From the NCBI GenBank assembly GCA_043776875.1, contig JAYVQU010000039.1, forward strand, positions 29,239 to 93,238: a stretch of DNA of 64,000 bases, written 5' to 3'. This document shows, one piece after another, positions 47,901 to 56,556 of this stretch. Origin of the DNA: Actinomycetes bacterium (GTDB lineage: Bacteria > Actinomycetota > Actinomycetes > Nanopelagicales > Nanopelagicaceae). A model generated the notes under the pieces. It saw nothing but the letters and a program-made list of their open reading frames with translations, did not search any database and was not told the DNA's origin. Numbering within the stretch: position 1 is the stretch's first letter; each line of letters begins with the position of its first letter. Both the position numbers and the translations under genes were made by a program.

Positions 47901-48169
47901 AAGTTGCAATGCAGACACCACCAGTGCGCTCTGGCAAAAGAGTTATCTTTTTAACACTTGATGATGGTTACGGGTGTAGTGATTCAACCTTCTTCACCGA
48001 TGTGCAAGGCGACTATGCCAATGTTTTGTATGCAACATCTTTACTACTGGTTAGGGGAGTAACCCGCCGTACCGGCGCCAGGGGCATATCTATTAGAGCC
48101 ACTGGCGCGTGGGATCTGCGTGCTGCCTGCGAAAGTTGGAGCGCCAAACAAAGTACGCTCGCAATATGA
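44942..48169 (+). CDS. dnaE2: Error-prone DNA polymerase III alpha subunit (DnaE2 type)
   Basis: Degenerate PHP domain, RGSGAGS, catalytic PDIDID, KLDVLG, FCKAHAAAF, OB-fold. SOS box upstream. Confidence 0.92.
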   Translation: MSFIHLNVASAYSLKYGTTQPMDLVQRAAQFEMPALALTDRDGLAGAIRFTQSCVDHGIAPIIGVNCAIDLANAKGRITLLAHSDGGWRSLCRLMTSLSMTSDTRTPVLTLDFLQRFSRYSTNVYAMHGPESPMSSAIQDHRFDQALSIFNQTRDLFANNAVECVSHLVAGKGSRSTEHAARSLIFARDNDIDAVITNAVRMRDRADGPVADVLDCTRQLVPLHARHIERRNAEGFFKTSNEMISLAAEIARAAGERTPRALLKTTREWAERALLSPQRDIGLGGAHLPEPQVVGAENAQEMRALLRSRSEAGINWRYSNSSTIAQARERLDDELATVATLGYESYFLTVADIVSMAGAADIRVAARGSGAGSLICHLLGISGVDPMQHGLLMERFCSPLRKALPDIDIDVESARRLEIYDMVFKRYGDKNWDSPSNQSRCAVVAMVDTYRARHAIRDAGAALGLPGMEIDLLAKSMPHVRARDISKTLASLPELQKLNVSAPLMAATIEMAQRLDGLPRHLAMHPCAIVLSDGGFLDRAPLMVSAGRYPMVAFDKDDVEAVGLLKLDVLGVRMQSTIAYSVREIERVHKEKVDIDSVPLDDQATYKLIQSTRTLGIFQVESPGQRELVGKLAPANFTDLIIDISLFRPGPVKSDMITPFLKARHGWSPAPIIHPDLSKILAYTEGVVVFHEQVIAIIATITGVSLATADEKRRSLGEKIGQQEVCDWFFPAATAKGYELPIINKIWDVLRAFASFGFCKAHAAAFALPTYQSAWLKTHYPAAFLAGVLTHDPGMYPKRLIVDEARQMGITIAPIDANASDSVYRVEDHGNAIRIALSTVNRISDAEVRSIIAARPYLDLADFVRRSGASTPITESMILTGAFDSLHINVNRRDLLLHFSDLQKSASASVSGAQMNLGFDPPAIISSGLPAMSNAESVRHEVDRLGIDMSRHMIEFYGTFLNAIGAVRSSDLLKQRSQSSVLVAGVKVAMQTPPVRSGKRVIFLTLDDGYGCSDSTFFTDVQGDYANVLYATSLLLVRGVTRRTGARGISIRATGAWDLRAACESWSAKQSTLAI

Positions 48170-49359
48170 GGTCGATTGATGGACCAACACAGGCGACGAT
48201 TCTCCATGTTGATATGGATGCTTTCTTTGCCTCAGTTGCCGAACGCGACAACCCCGAATTAAAAGGCAAAGCAGTTGTGATTGGCATGGGAGCACGTGGC
48301 GTAGTTTCTGCTGCCAATTATGAAGCACGTAAATTTGGTATTCACTCTGCAATGCCGGTGGGTCAAGCTCGACGGTTAGCACCCCATGCAATCTTTTTGC
48401 CGGTTGATATGGCTAGGTATCAAGAGGTATCTGCCCACATCATGGCGATATTTGAAAGCTTCACTCCAAATGTTGAACCCATCTCGGTAGATGAAGCTTT
48501 TTTGGATGTGACGGGTGCCAAGAAATTACTGGGAACTGGACGTGAAATTGCAACTGCTATTCGTGCCAAGGTTGAAGCCCAAGAAGGTATTACCTGTTCA
48601 GTTGGAATCGCTCCATCAAAGTTCATCGCAAAGCTGGCATCAACACATTGCAAGCCAAATGGAATGTTGGAAATTAAATTAGATTGCATTCTAGAGTTTT
48701 TGCACCCACTTCCAATTTCAGCAATGTGGGGAGTAGGTCCAAAAACAGGTGAAGTATTAGAACGTTTGGGATTAAGAACTATTGGAGATATAGCCAATCT
48801 GCCCCGCACGACATTAATTCGTGCAGTAGGTGAGGCAGTAGGTGCAACATTGCACGAACTTTCCTGGGGTCGTGATTATCGAGATGTTGCTCCGCAAGAT
48901 GCTGAAAAAAGTATTAGTGCAGCCGAAACTTTTCCAACTGATCTAGATAACCCGGAGGAGATTTTGCGTGAGTATTTAAGGTTGTGTGAACGTGTAGCAG
49001 CGCGACTTCGAGATAAAGGATTGTTTGCAAAGACAATTAGCATCAAGGTTCGCTTTAATGATTTTTCAACAATTAATAGGTCCAAAACTTTGCCGTTACC
49101 CATTGATAGCACCCACGATGTGTATGAGATTGTGAAAGGGCTTTACCAAGGGCTGCGAATTGATCGGGCAAGGTTGCGTTTAGTAGGGGTCTCGCTCGAG
49201 AATTTAAGTGAGGGAGCGCCTGTTCAAATGATCCTTGGGGAACGGGAGAAAAGCTGGCGCGAGGCTGAGTGGGCGATGGATAAGGCCCACGAGCGCTTTG
49301 GGCAGGGTTCGGTCCGGCCGGCCCGATTGGTTAAGCCAATTAAGAAAGGAGAGGAGTAG
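48166..49359 (+). CDS. dinB: DNA polymerase IV (Y family, catalytic residues intact)
   Basis: HVDMDAFFAS, YEARKFG, SVDEAFLD, KPNG, RLVGV; ATGA overlap with dnaE2. Confidence 0.95.
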   Translation: MRSIDGPTQATILHVDMDAFFASVAERDNPELKGKAVVIGMGARGVVSAANYEARKFGIHSAMPVGQARRLAPHAIFLPVDMARYQEVSAHIMAIFESFTPNVEPISVDEAFLDVTGAKKLLGTGREIATAIRAKVEAQEGITCSVGIAPSKFIAKLASTHCKPNGMLEIKLDCILEFLHPLPISAMWGVGPKTGEVLERLGLRTIGDIANLPRTTLIRAVGEAVGATLHELSWGRDYRDVAPQDAEKSISAAETFPTDLDNPEEILREYLRLCERVAARLRDKGLFAKTISIKVRFNDFSTINRSKTLPLPIDSTHDVYEIVKGLYQGLRIDRARLRLVGVSLENLSEGAPVQMILGEREKSWREAEWAMDKAHERFGQGSVRPARLVKPIKKGEE

Positions 49360-49391
49360 CGAGCACGGGCAAAATGTTCTATTGTGAGCAA

Positions 49392-49751
49392 GTGCCATTA
49401 TCAGATCGGGAAAAGCGCCTGCTAGATGAGATGGAGGCTGCCCTGCTAACCGAGGATCCTCAGCTAGTTTCGACACTTTCCGCCTCACCAAACTCCCCAT
49501 CAAAAAATCGAGTGCTTACCGGCGTAGCTCTGCTTCTGCTGGGTCTGGCTACCTTGTTGGGCGCGGTGATCGCCCAAGTAGCGCCGGTCGGGATTCTTGG
49601 TTTTCTAATCGCATTAGCTGGGGTGATCAGCGTGATTTCTGCCTACTCCGCTGGCTCAAACCCTAAGTTGCGCGGGCCAAAGCAGGCTAAATCACGCTCA
49701 AAACTCAGTGATCGCATGGAAAAGCGTTGGGAAGATCGCAATAACCAATAG
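49392..49751 (+). CDS. DUF3040 membrane protein
   Basis: PLSDREKRLLDEMEAAL..EDP, two TM segments, DRMEKRWEDR; usual position before mraZ. Confidence 0.88.
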   Translation: MPLSDREKRLLDEMEAALLTEDPQLVSTLSASPNSPSKNRVLTGVALLLLGLATLLGAVIAQVAPVGILGFLIALAGVISVISAYSAGSNPKLRGPKQAKSRSKLSDRMEKRWEDRNNQ

Positions 49752-49770
49752 GTAATAAGCTCTCAGATTT

Positions 49771-49796
49771 AGCCCCTCCGTTGTGAGGGGCTTTTT
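49771..49796 (+). terminator. Intrinsic terminator
   Basis: AGCCCCTC-CGTTGT-GAGGGGCT-TTTT. Confidence 0.85.
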
Positions 49797-49819
49797 CATC
49801 TCCCAATTTTCACCGAAAG

Positions 49820-49897
49820 AGTGGGGAGAGGTGGGGCCAATGGCGATAAAAATGGGGAGAGGTGGTTGAAAAAGGGGAAAAGTGGAGTAAAGTGGAG
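49820..49897 (+). promoter_or_regulatory. Array of MraZ-box-like (G/A)TGG(G/A)G direct repeats, about 10-bp period
   Basis: TGG cores at 49822, 49832, 49841, 49853, 49863, (AGG 49873), 49883 and 49893, upstream of mraZ. Confidence 0.75.
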
Positions 49898-49962
49898 AAT
49901 TAAGCGAGCGGTCAAGCTGGCAAGTGAACCGGGGACAACTTTTGGGGAAGGGGCCGCTGATA

Positions 49963-50394
49963 ATGTTTCTAGGCACCCACGAGCCGCGTCTTGATGACAA
50001 AGGTCGCTTAATCCTTCCGGCAAAATTTCGAGATGAACTTGCGGCAGGTTTAGTAATTACCAAAGGACAAGAACGTTGTCTATTTGTCTTTCCGGCACAA
50101 GAATTTTCAGAAATTACGCAAACGCTAAAACAAGCGCCAGTCACTGCAAAATCAGCACGTGATTACAGCCGTGTGATGTTTGCTGGCGCGCACGATGAAA
50201 TTCCTGATCGCCAAGGACGGGTAACAATTCCGCAAGCACTTCGAACATATGCAGGTTTAGCAAAAGATTGCGTTGTTATTGGTGCAAATACGCGGGTTGA
50301 AATTTGGAACGCAACTTCTTGGAATGAATATTTAATTGATCAAGAAAAGAGTTTTGCAGAAGTTTCTGAGGAGGTCTTCCCAGGTTTGTTCTAA
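49963..50394 (+). CDS. mraZ: Division/cell wall cluster transcriptional repressor MraZ
   Basis: [33 protein letters not shown]. Confidence 0.96.
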   Translation: MFLGTHEPRLDDKGRLILPAKFRDELAAGLVITKGQERCLFVFPAQEFSEITQTLKQAPVTAKSARDYSRVMFAGAHDEIPDRQGRVTIPQALRTYAGLAKDCVVIGANTRVEIWNATSWNEYLIDQEKSFAEVSEEVFPGLF

Positions 50395-50497
50395 CTCTCA
50401 TTTGTGGCCACTGCCGACCCTTCGAAAGTAGCGACACCTCTTCCCCGGTGGCGTTATAACTTCAGATCCGTCGGCCGGCAGTGACCAGAGATGAGAG
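50395..50497 (+). ncRNA. mraW RNA motif (long hairpin with CUUCCCC loop)
   Basis: Stems CTCTCAT/ATGAGAG, CACTGCCG/CGGCAGTG and CACC/GGTG close the loop TCTTCCCC; located between mraZ and rsmH as known for this actinobacterial motif. Confidence 0.82.
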
Positions 50498-50571
50498 CAG
50501 AAAGGGATCTTAAGTAGGGCAACAACAACGGCTAGTAAGCCGCTACAGCTAGTGAGTAAAGGGGGGAAGAG

Positions 50572-51525
50572 ATGCCAGGCACAACCGAGCACATATCTGT
50601 AATGCGCGACCGATGCATTGAACTACTTTCTCCTGCGATTATTGCAGCTAGTCATCCGGTAGTTGTTGATGCCACATTAGGTCTTGGCGGACACACCGAA
50701 GCTCTGTTACAAAAATTTCCACACCTGACAGTCATTGGCATTGATCGCGACCCTGATGCGATTGCCAAAGCAACGGCTCGACTTGCTCCTTACGGTGATC
50801 GTTTAAAGATCGCCCATAAAACCTTTGCTGCAATCGGCGATGTTGTAAAAAGTTTTGGGATTAGAAAAATTGATGGCGCATTATTTGATCTTGGTGTCTC
50901 GTCGATGCAACTTGATCAACCCGAACGTGGCTTTTCTTATTCGCAAGATGCACCACTAGATATGCGAATGGATCAAACTCAATCGCTGACTGCTGGAGAA
51001 ATCGTTAACACATACCAGCCAGGACAATTAGTTCGGATTTTACGCACATACGGGGAAGAAAAATTTGCTACCCGGATCGTCGAATCTATAGTGAAAGCGC
51101 GTGCGATCGCACCTTTGGATTCAACTGCCCAATTGGCAGCCCTGGTTAAGGAAGCCATCCCGGCGGCAACTCGTCGCACTGGTGGCAATCCGGCAAAGCG
51201 CACATTCCAAGCACTTCGTATTGAAACCAATGATGAACTTGGAGCAGTTACCCGGGCTTTGCCAGTTGCCCTTGAATTGCTCAACGTCGGCGCTCGCCTG
51301 GTTGTTATGTCATTCCAATCATTAGAGGACCGCATCGTCAAGGGAGTATTCGTCTCCGCTAGTACTTCAGGTACGCCTCGTGAACTACCTGTCGAACTTC
51401 CTGAGTTCGCAGCAAAATTTTCATTGGTATTTCGCGGAAGTCAAACTCCAAGTGAGTCAGAAATTGACGAGAACTCACGTTCTCAATCAGTTCGACTTCG
51501 TGCCATAGAAAGAGTGGCCGCATAA
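50572..51525 (+). CDS. rsmH: 16S rRNA C1402 N4-methyltransferase
   Basis: HISVM, DATLGLGGH, DLGVSSMQLD..ERGFS, RTFQALRI, SFQSLEDR. Confidence 0.96.
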   Translation: MPGTTEHISVMRDRCIELLSPAIIAASHPVVVDATLGLGGHTEALLQKFPHLTVIGIDRDPDAIAKATARLAPYGDRLKIAHKTFAAIGDVVKSFGIRKIDGALFDLGVSSMQLDQPERGFSYSQDAPLDMRMDQTQSLTAGEIVNTYQPGQLVRILRTYGEEKFATRIVESIVKARAIAPLDSTAQLAALVKEAIPAATRRTGGNPAKRTFQALRIETNDELGAVTRALPVALELLNVGARLVVMSFQSLEDRIVKGVFVSASTSGTPRELPVELPEFAAKFSLVFRGSQTPSESEIDENSRSQSVRLRAIERVAA

Positions 51526-51929
51526 TGGCAATGACTGCCCTTGCGCCGGCACTCACTCGCTCAAAGAAAATTCTCTCGGAAAAGTCTTCGCAAGTAGCAC
51601 TTAAACTTGTACCAGATCATTCAGATGGGAAACAAGCAGATCGAAAGTTCTTTGCAACATTTGCAACAACTGTTTGTGTTATTGGCCTCATGTTTCTTCT
51701 CCTGGTCAATACTTTGCTGGCACAGGATGCTTTTGAACTATCTAATTTAAAGCTGCAAGCAAAGCTTGTAAGTGATCAACAGGAGGCGATCGCGCGCCAA
51801 ATTGACAATATCTCTTCTCCTGAATCTCTGGCCAAAGCTGCATCCGATCTTGGCATGAAGCCAGCAGAAACCCCAACTTTTTTAGCTTTAGCTAAAATTA
51901 TTCAAGAGCCTTCGGTCAAAAATGGGTAA
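51525..51929 (+). CDS. ftsL: Cell division protein FtsL-like
   Basis: Single TM segment followed by coiled coil and SPESLAKAASDLGM; between rsmH and ftsI. Confidence 0.75.
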   Translation: MAMTALAPALTRSKKILSEKSSQVALKLVPDHSDGKQADRKFFATFATTVCVIGLMFLLLVNTLLAQDAFELSNLKLQAKLVSDQQEAIARQIDNISSPESLAKAASDLGMKPAETPTFLALAKIIQEPSVKNG

Positions 51930-53721
51930 TTTTTCATTGGCACGTAATCGAATCAGATTATTGATTTTATTCATGGCGTTCATTATGTTCATGTTTGGGG
52001 TTCGCTTAGTGCAGGTTCAAGCACTGCAAGCAAATGACTATCGGTCAAAAGCTTTCAATGAAATGGAAAAGGTTAAGACGCTTCAGGCACCTCGAGGAGA
52101 TATCACAGATATCAATGGTGTTGCATTTGCGCGAAGCGTTGCTGCAACTAGCATTGTGGTAGACCAAACACAGATCACCGATCCAGCGAAGGTTGCAGCT
52201 TTTGTAGCGCCAATTCTTGGCATGAAAGTTGTGGATGTGGTGACTGCGATTACGGGTATACGTAAGTGGAGCTTAGTTGCACGTAATGCTAAGCCTGCGA
52301 CCTGGTTGAAGTTAACTGCTGCAATAGACGCGTACAATTCACCATTAAAAGCAATGAGCCCAGCGCGAATCATTGGCTTTTTTCCAGAACGTAGCTATGT
52401 TCGCGAGTATCCATCTGGCGAGTTAATTGCCTCCCTCATTGGATTTGTTAACCGTGAAGGCAATGGTGCAACCGGACTTGAATCTAGTCTGAATTCAATT
52501 ATCTCGGGCACCAACGGTAAGTATTCATATGCAAACGGATACCAGGCTGAAATTCCAGGATCTCAATCTGAAATTACCCCAGCTCAGGTGGGTACATCGA
52601 TTCGGCTAACAGTTGATCGTGACATTCAGTGGGTAGCAGCTATGGCAATTGCTGATGCAGTTAAGTCATCAAATGCTATTAGTGGAACCGTAATTGTAAT
52701 AGATCCTAAAACCGGGCACATCTTGGCCCACGCCACCGCACCTACCTTTGATCCGAACGACACCTCAAAAGTTTCCTTATTTGCGATGCGCAATCCATCA
52801 GTCCTGGATGTGTATGAGCCTGGATCAACTGGCAAGGTTATGACTTTAGCCGCGGCCATTGAAGAGAGAAAAATTGTCCCAGAAACAGTTTTTACCGTTC
52901 CTTATGCATTGAAGCGTTCCATCAAAACATTTCGCGATCATGAGCCACATCCAACTCAGCGATTAACCGCATCCGGAATTTTGGCAGTTTCAAGTAATAC
53001 CGGATCAATTAAAATCGGCGAGTTGCTCTCAAATGACACCTTGTATAATTATCTAACTAAGTTTGGAATTGGCACAAAAACGGGTTCGGGTTTACCTGGT
53101 GAATCAAACGGAATTTTGCCAAAGGTAGCCAAGTGGTCTGGAACAACGGCACCGACAGTGGCTTTTGGTCAGGGCTATTCACTCACCACTATGCAAGCTA
53201 CAGCTGTTTTTGCAACGATTGCAAATGATGGCGTCCGGGTATCACCTACTGTAATTGCCGGAACAAGTGATTCGAGTGGAAACTACACACCGGCAAAAGC
53301 TGGGGAAAGTATTCAAGTTATCAGTGCAGATACAGCGCAAAAGATGCGAACCATGATGGAAAGTGTGGTTTCGGCAAGCGGAACAGCACCAACAGCTGCA
53401 ATTGCCGGATATCGAATTGCTGGTAAGACCGGAACCGCACAACGTTTCGATGACAAGTGTGGTTGTTACCGTGGATATACCGCTTCATTTATTGGTTTTG
53501 CCCCGGCAGATAAGCCGGCCTATGTCGTAAGCGTTACTATTCAAGATCCAAAGGGACTGCACTGGGGTGGCACACTTGGTGGGCCGGTTTTTAAAAAGGT
53601 AATGTCTTTTGTACTGCAGTCAAAGGGAATTGCTCCAACTGGAACCAAAATAGTTCCAGTTGCACTTACTGAAAAGCAGTTAATTGCGGAAAAGAAGGTG
53701 GCAAGTGGCAAGACCAATTGA
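51922..53721 (+). CDS. ftsI: Class B penicillin-binding protein FtsI
   Basis: N-terminal TM, PRGDI.D, YEPGSTGK (SxxK), SSN, KTGTA. Confidence 0.93.
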   Translation: MGNFSLARNRIRLLILFMAFIMFMFGVRLVQVQALQANDYRSKAFNEMEKVKTLQAPRGDITDINGVAFARSVAATSIVVDQTQITDPAKVAAFVAPILGMKVVDVVTAITGIRKWSLVARNAKPATWLKLTAAIDAYNSPLKAMSPARIIGFFPERSYVREYPSGELIASLIGFVNREGNGATGLESSLNSIISGTNGKYSYANGYQAEIPGSQSEITPAQVGTSIRLTVDRDIQWVAAMAIADAVKSSNAISGTVIVIDPKTGHILAHATAPTFDPNDTSKVSLFAMRNPSVLDVYEPGSTGKVMTLAAAIEERKIVPETVFTVPYALKRSIKTFRDHEPHPTQRLTASGILAVSSNTGSIKIGELLSNDTLYNYLTKFGIGTKTGSGLPGESNGILPKVAKWSGTTAPTVAFGQGYSLTTMQATAVFATIANDGVRVSPTVIAGTSDSSGNYTPAKAGESIQVISADTAQKMRTMMESVVSASGTAPTAAIAGYRIAGKTGTAQRFDDKCGCYRGYTASFIGFAPADKPAYVVSVTIQDPKGLHWGGTLGGPVFKKVMSFVLQSKGIAPTGTKIVPVALTEKQLIAEKKVASGKTN

Positions 53722-55189
53722 GGAGATTAAGCGGACGGTCGAATCAATTGCAGCCATAGTGAATGCAACATTTCAGGGTGAGGCTTCAGTTGTTGTAAGC
53801 GGTTTGTCGCAATCTAGTGTGCAAGTGCAACCAGGAGATCTCTTTATTGCTTTGCCTGGCGATAAATTTCACGGCGCAGATTTTGCAGCTGATGCAATTT
53901 CAAAAGGGGCGGTTGCAGTTCTGACTGATCTAGCTGGAGCCACAAAGATCCAGGGCATCCCACTGATTATTTGCAGTAATCCACGGCGAGCTGCCGGTGT
54001 AATAAGTGCCTGGTTTTATAACGAACCAATGCGAGATCTTTATAGTGTCGGAGTAACAGGCACAAATGGCAAAACAACGGTAACAACGTTGTTGCACCAG
54101 ATTATGACTGGTGCAGGACGCGAAAGTGGATTAATTGGAACAGTAGAGACTCGTATCGGTTCAGAAGTTTTAGCAAGCAAGAGGACTACCCCAGAAAGCA
54201 GCGATTTACAAGCATTATCAGCGGTAATGCGGGAGCGGCATTTGCGAAATTTAATCATGGAAGTTTCAAGTCATGCGATTGCGCTCGAACGAATTCGGGG
54301 AAGCCATTTTGCAGTTGTTGGTTTTACAAATTTGTCGCAAGATCATTTGGATTTTCATAAAACAATGGATGAATATTTCGCAGTAAAGTCGAGGCTATTT
54401 ACCTTTGAATTTGCTGACCTTGCCGTAATTAATATTGATGATAGTTACGGGCTCAAATTAGCCGCTCAGACCGAACTGCCTGTAATGAGCGTTTCACGTC
54501 ATGACCACAATGCAACTTGGCACTATGTGGATATCGCGCGTGACTATGTTGGTGCGCATGTTGCAATCCGGGGTAGTGGTGGAATTTTGATTGAGGGCAA
54601 AGTTCATCTGCATGGGGGATACAATTTCGACAACTTACTGATGGCAGTTGCAATCGCCACCGAAAGCGGAATCGATCCGATTGATATTGCTGTCTTATTG
54701 CCACGCTTAAGTGGAGCGCTCGGTCGGTTGGAATCAATTCGGTTGGGACAAAATTTCACAGCCCTTGTTGATTATGCGCACTCACCTGATGCGGTTGCAC
54801 GAGTTTTAGAAACTGCACATGAGATTACCGATGGGCGAGTAATTGCCGTGCTGGGCTGTGGTGGCGACAGAGATGCTGCGAAGCGAGCACTCATGGGTAA
54901 AGCCCTGCATGATGGGGCAGATGTTGCATTTTTTACCAGCGACAATCCGCGATCTGAAAATCCAGAAGCAATATTGGTTCAAATGACCTTAGGTCTAGCT
55001 ATTGTGGGACCAAGTGCGGTTATTGCAGATCGAGCTAGCGCAATACGTGCTGCGGTCAATGCCGCCCAAGATGGTGATCTGGTCGTAGTTCTTGGCAAGG
55101 GGCATGAAAAAGGTCAGGAAATTGATGGAGTCCTGCATCCATTTGATGATCGCATCGAATTAGCTCGAGCAATCGAGGATAAGAAGTGA
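53705..55189 (+). CDS. murE: UDP-MurNAc-dipeptide:meso-DAP ligase
   Basis: GVTGTNGKTT, MEVSSH, DYAH, DNPR (DAP-specific), GKGHE. Start set to GTG 53705. Confidence 0.95.
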   Translation: MARPIEEIKRTVESIAAIVNATFQGEASVVVSGLSQSSVQVQPGDLFIALPGDKFHGADFAADAISKGAVAVLTDLAGATKIQGIPLIICSNPRRAAGVISAWFYNEPMRDLYSVGVTGTNGKTTVTTLLHQIMTGAGRESGLIGTVETRIGSEVLASKRTTPESSDLQALSAVMRERHLRNLIMEVSSHAIALERIRGSHFAVVGFTNLSQDHLDFHKTMDEYFAVKSRLFTFEFADLAVINIDDSYGLKLAAQTELPVMSVSRHDHNATWHYVDIARDYVGAHVAIRGSGGILIEGKVHLHGGYNFDNLLMAVAIATESGIDPIDIAVLLPRLSGALGRLESIRLGQNFTALVDYAHSPDAVARVLETAHEITDGRVIAVLGCGGDRDAAKRALMGKALHDGADVAFFTSDNPRSENPEAILVQMTLGLAIVGPSAVIADRASAIRAAVNAAQDGDLVVVLGKGHEKGQEIDGVLHPFDDRIELARAIEDKK

Positions 55190-56556
55190 TCACGTTAACC
55201 GCTGGCGAAATCGCGCTTCTACTTGGTGGGGATATTTATTGTGATAGAGATTTATTGGTTTCCAAGGCCCCGGTATTTGATTCTCGGTTAGCCACGCCTG
55301 GATCTATTTTCTTGGCACTTAAGGGCGAAAAAGTTGATGGGCATGATTTTGTGGCAGTTGCTTATCGCGCTGGTGCAATGTTTTCACTGACAACACATCG
55401 TATCGATGGCCCCTGCATTGTGGTTGATGACGTGATGGAAGCTTTGTCAGTGCTTGCTACATTTGTGCGCAAGCGACTTAATAATTTGACCGTTATAGGA
55501 ATTACCGGTTCCCAAGGAAAGACAAGTACTAAAGACTTACTTGCTCACATGCTAAGCGCAGTAGGTCCAACCGTTGCTCCAATTGGATCCTTTAACAATA
55601 ATTTAGGTCTGCCTATTACTTTACTTAAATGTGATGAGCGAACCCGCTTTTGCATTTTAGAGATGGGCGCACGTCACAAAGGTGACATTGCGCGTTTATG
55701 TAGGATCGCACAGCCAAATATTGGGGTGGTCCTGACAGTAGGTTCGGCACATGTAGGTGAATTCGGATCCGTGGCTGCAATCGCGGAAACGAAATCAGAA
55801 CTCATTGCCTCGCTCGAAGTAGATGGCATTGCAATTTTAGGCACTTATGACAGTTATACACCAGCAATGTCCAAACTTCACTCGGGTAAAACCATTTACT
55901 TTGGAGACAATCAAGAAGTGCGAGCAGCTGATCTTGAAATTCGCGAAGGATGCCCACATTTTGATTTAGTTACATCTCATGGACGTGAGGCCGTTGGAAT
56001 GCGGGTAGTGGGCGCACATCAGGTTTCGAATGCATTGGCCGTTGCTGCCGTGGGTACCGCCCTGGAACTTCCAATTGAATTAATTGCGAGCTCACTTTCA
56101 ACCGGGGAAATTTCAAGCAAGTGGCGGATGGAGATTCATGATTTACCTGATCTTTTACTTATCAACGATTCCTATAATGCTAACCCAGAGTCAATGTCAG
56201 CGGCGCTGCACTCATTAACACGATTTGCACAGGAGCGAGGCGGGCAGTCATGGGCTTTTCTAGGAAAAATGCATGAGCTCGGCGAGTCCGGACCAGTTCA
56301 ACACCAATCAATTGGCACCCTTGCCCAAGAGATTGGCATTGATCACTTAGTGGCTGTTGCCGCACCCGAGTACGGCGATAGCGATGGGCAGATGCTTACG
56401 CATCATGTGGCCAACTTTGATGATGCACTTTCATTAGCGCAATATTTGTCAGCAGGGGATGTAGTTTTAGTAAAGGCTTCCCGGTCGGAAGGATTTGAAG
56501 TACTTGCACAAAAGTTGGAAAGTTTGTGGTTAGCTAAGGGCGGAGTTGAAAGTTGA
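55186..56556 (+). CDS. murF: UDP-MurNAc-tripeptide:D-Ala-D-Ala ligase
   Basis: GITGSQGKTSTK, SFNN, LEMG, NDSYNANPESM, VKASR. Confidence 0.95.
   Translation: MITLTAGEIALLLGGDIYCDRDLLVSKAPVFDSRLATPGSIFLALKGEKVDGHDFVAVAYRAGAMFSLTTHRIDGPCIVVDDVMEALSVLATFVRKRLNNLTVIGITGSQGKTSTKDLLAHMLSAVGPTVAPIGSFNNNLGLPITLLKCDERTRFCILEMGARHKGDIARLCRIAQPNIGVVLTVGSAHVGEFGSVAAIAETKSELIASLEVDGIAILGTYDSYTPAMSKLHSGKTIYFGDNQEVRAADLEIREGCPHFDLVTSHGREAVGMRVVGAHQVSNALAVAAVGTALELPIELIASSLSTGEISSKWRMEIHDLPDLLLINDSYNANPESMSAALHSLTRFAQERGGQSWAFLGKMHELGESGPVQHQSIGTLAQEIGIDHLVAVAAPEYGDSDGQMLTHHVANFDDALSLAQYLSAGDVVLVKASRSEGFEVLAQKLESLWLAKGGVES

Noticed and set aside
44924-48169. dnaE as the replicative polymerase
   Set aside because: The LexA box, degenerate PHP domain and coupling to dinB indicate DnaE2.
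49200-49700. Visually GC-richer patch at the dinB 3' end and DUF3040
   Set aside because: Genes are in expected synteny with no mobility signals; I could not quantify it, and amino-acid composition may explain it.
49820-49897. Periodic G-rich repeats as a possible CRISPR array or G-quadruplex
   Set aside because: Units are 5-6 bp with about 4-nt spacers and no cas genes; MraZ boxes explain them.
49698-50144. ORFs spanning the DUF3040-mraZ intergenic region
   Set aside because: They overlap the terminator, the MraZ boxes and mraZ antisense, and show no coding signature.
50398-50592. 64-aa minus-strand ORF between mraZ and rsmH
   Set aside because: The region is explained by the mraW RNA hairpin on the plus strand.
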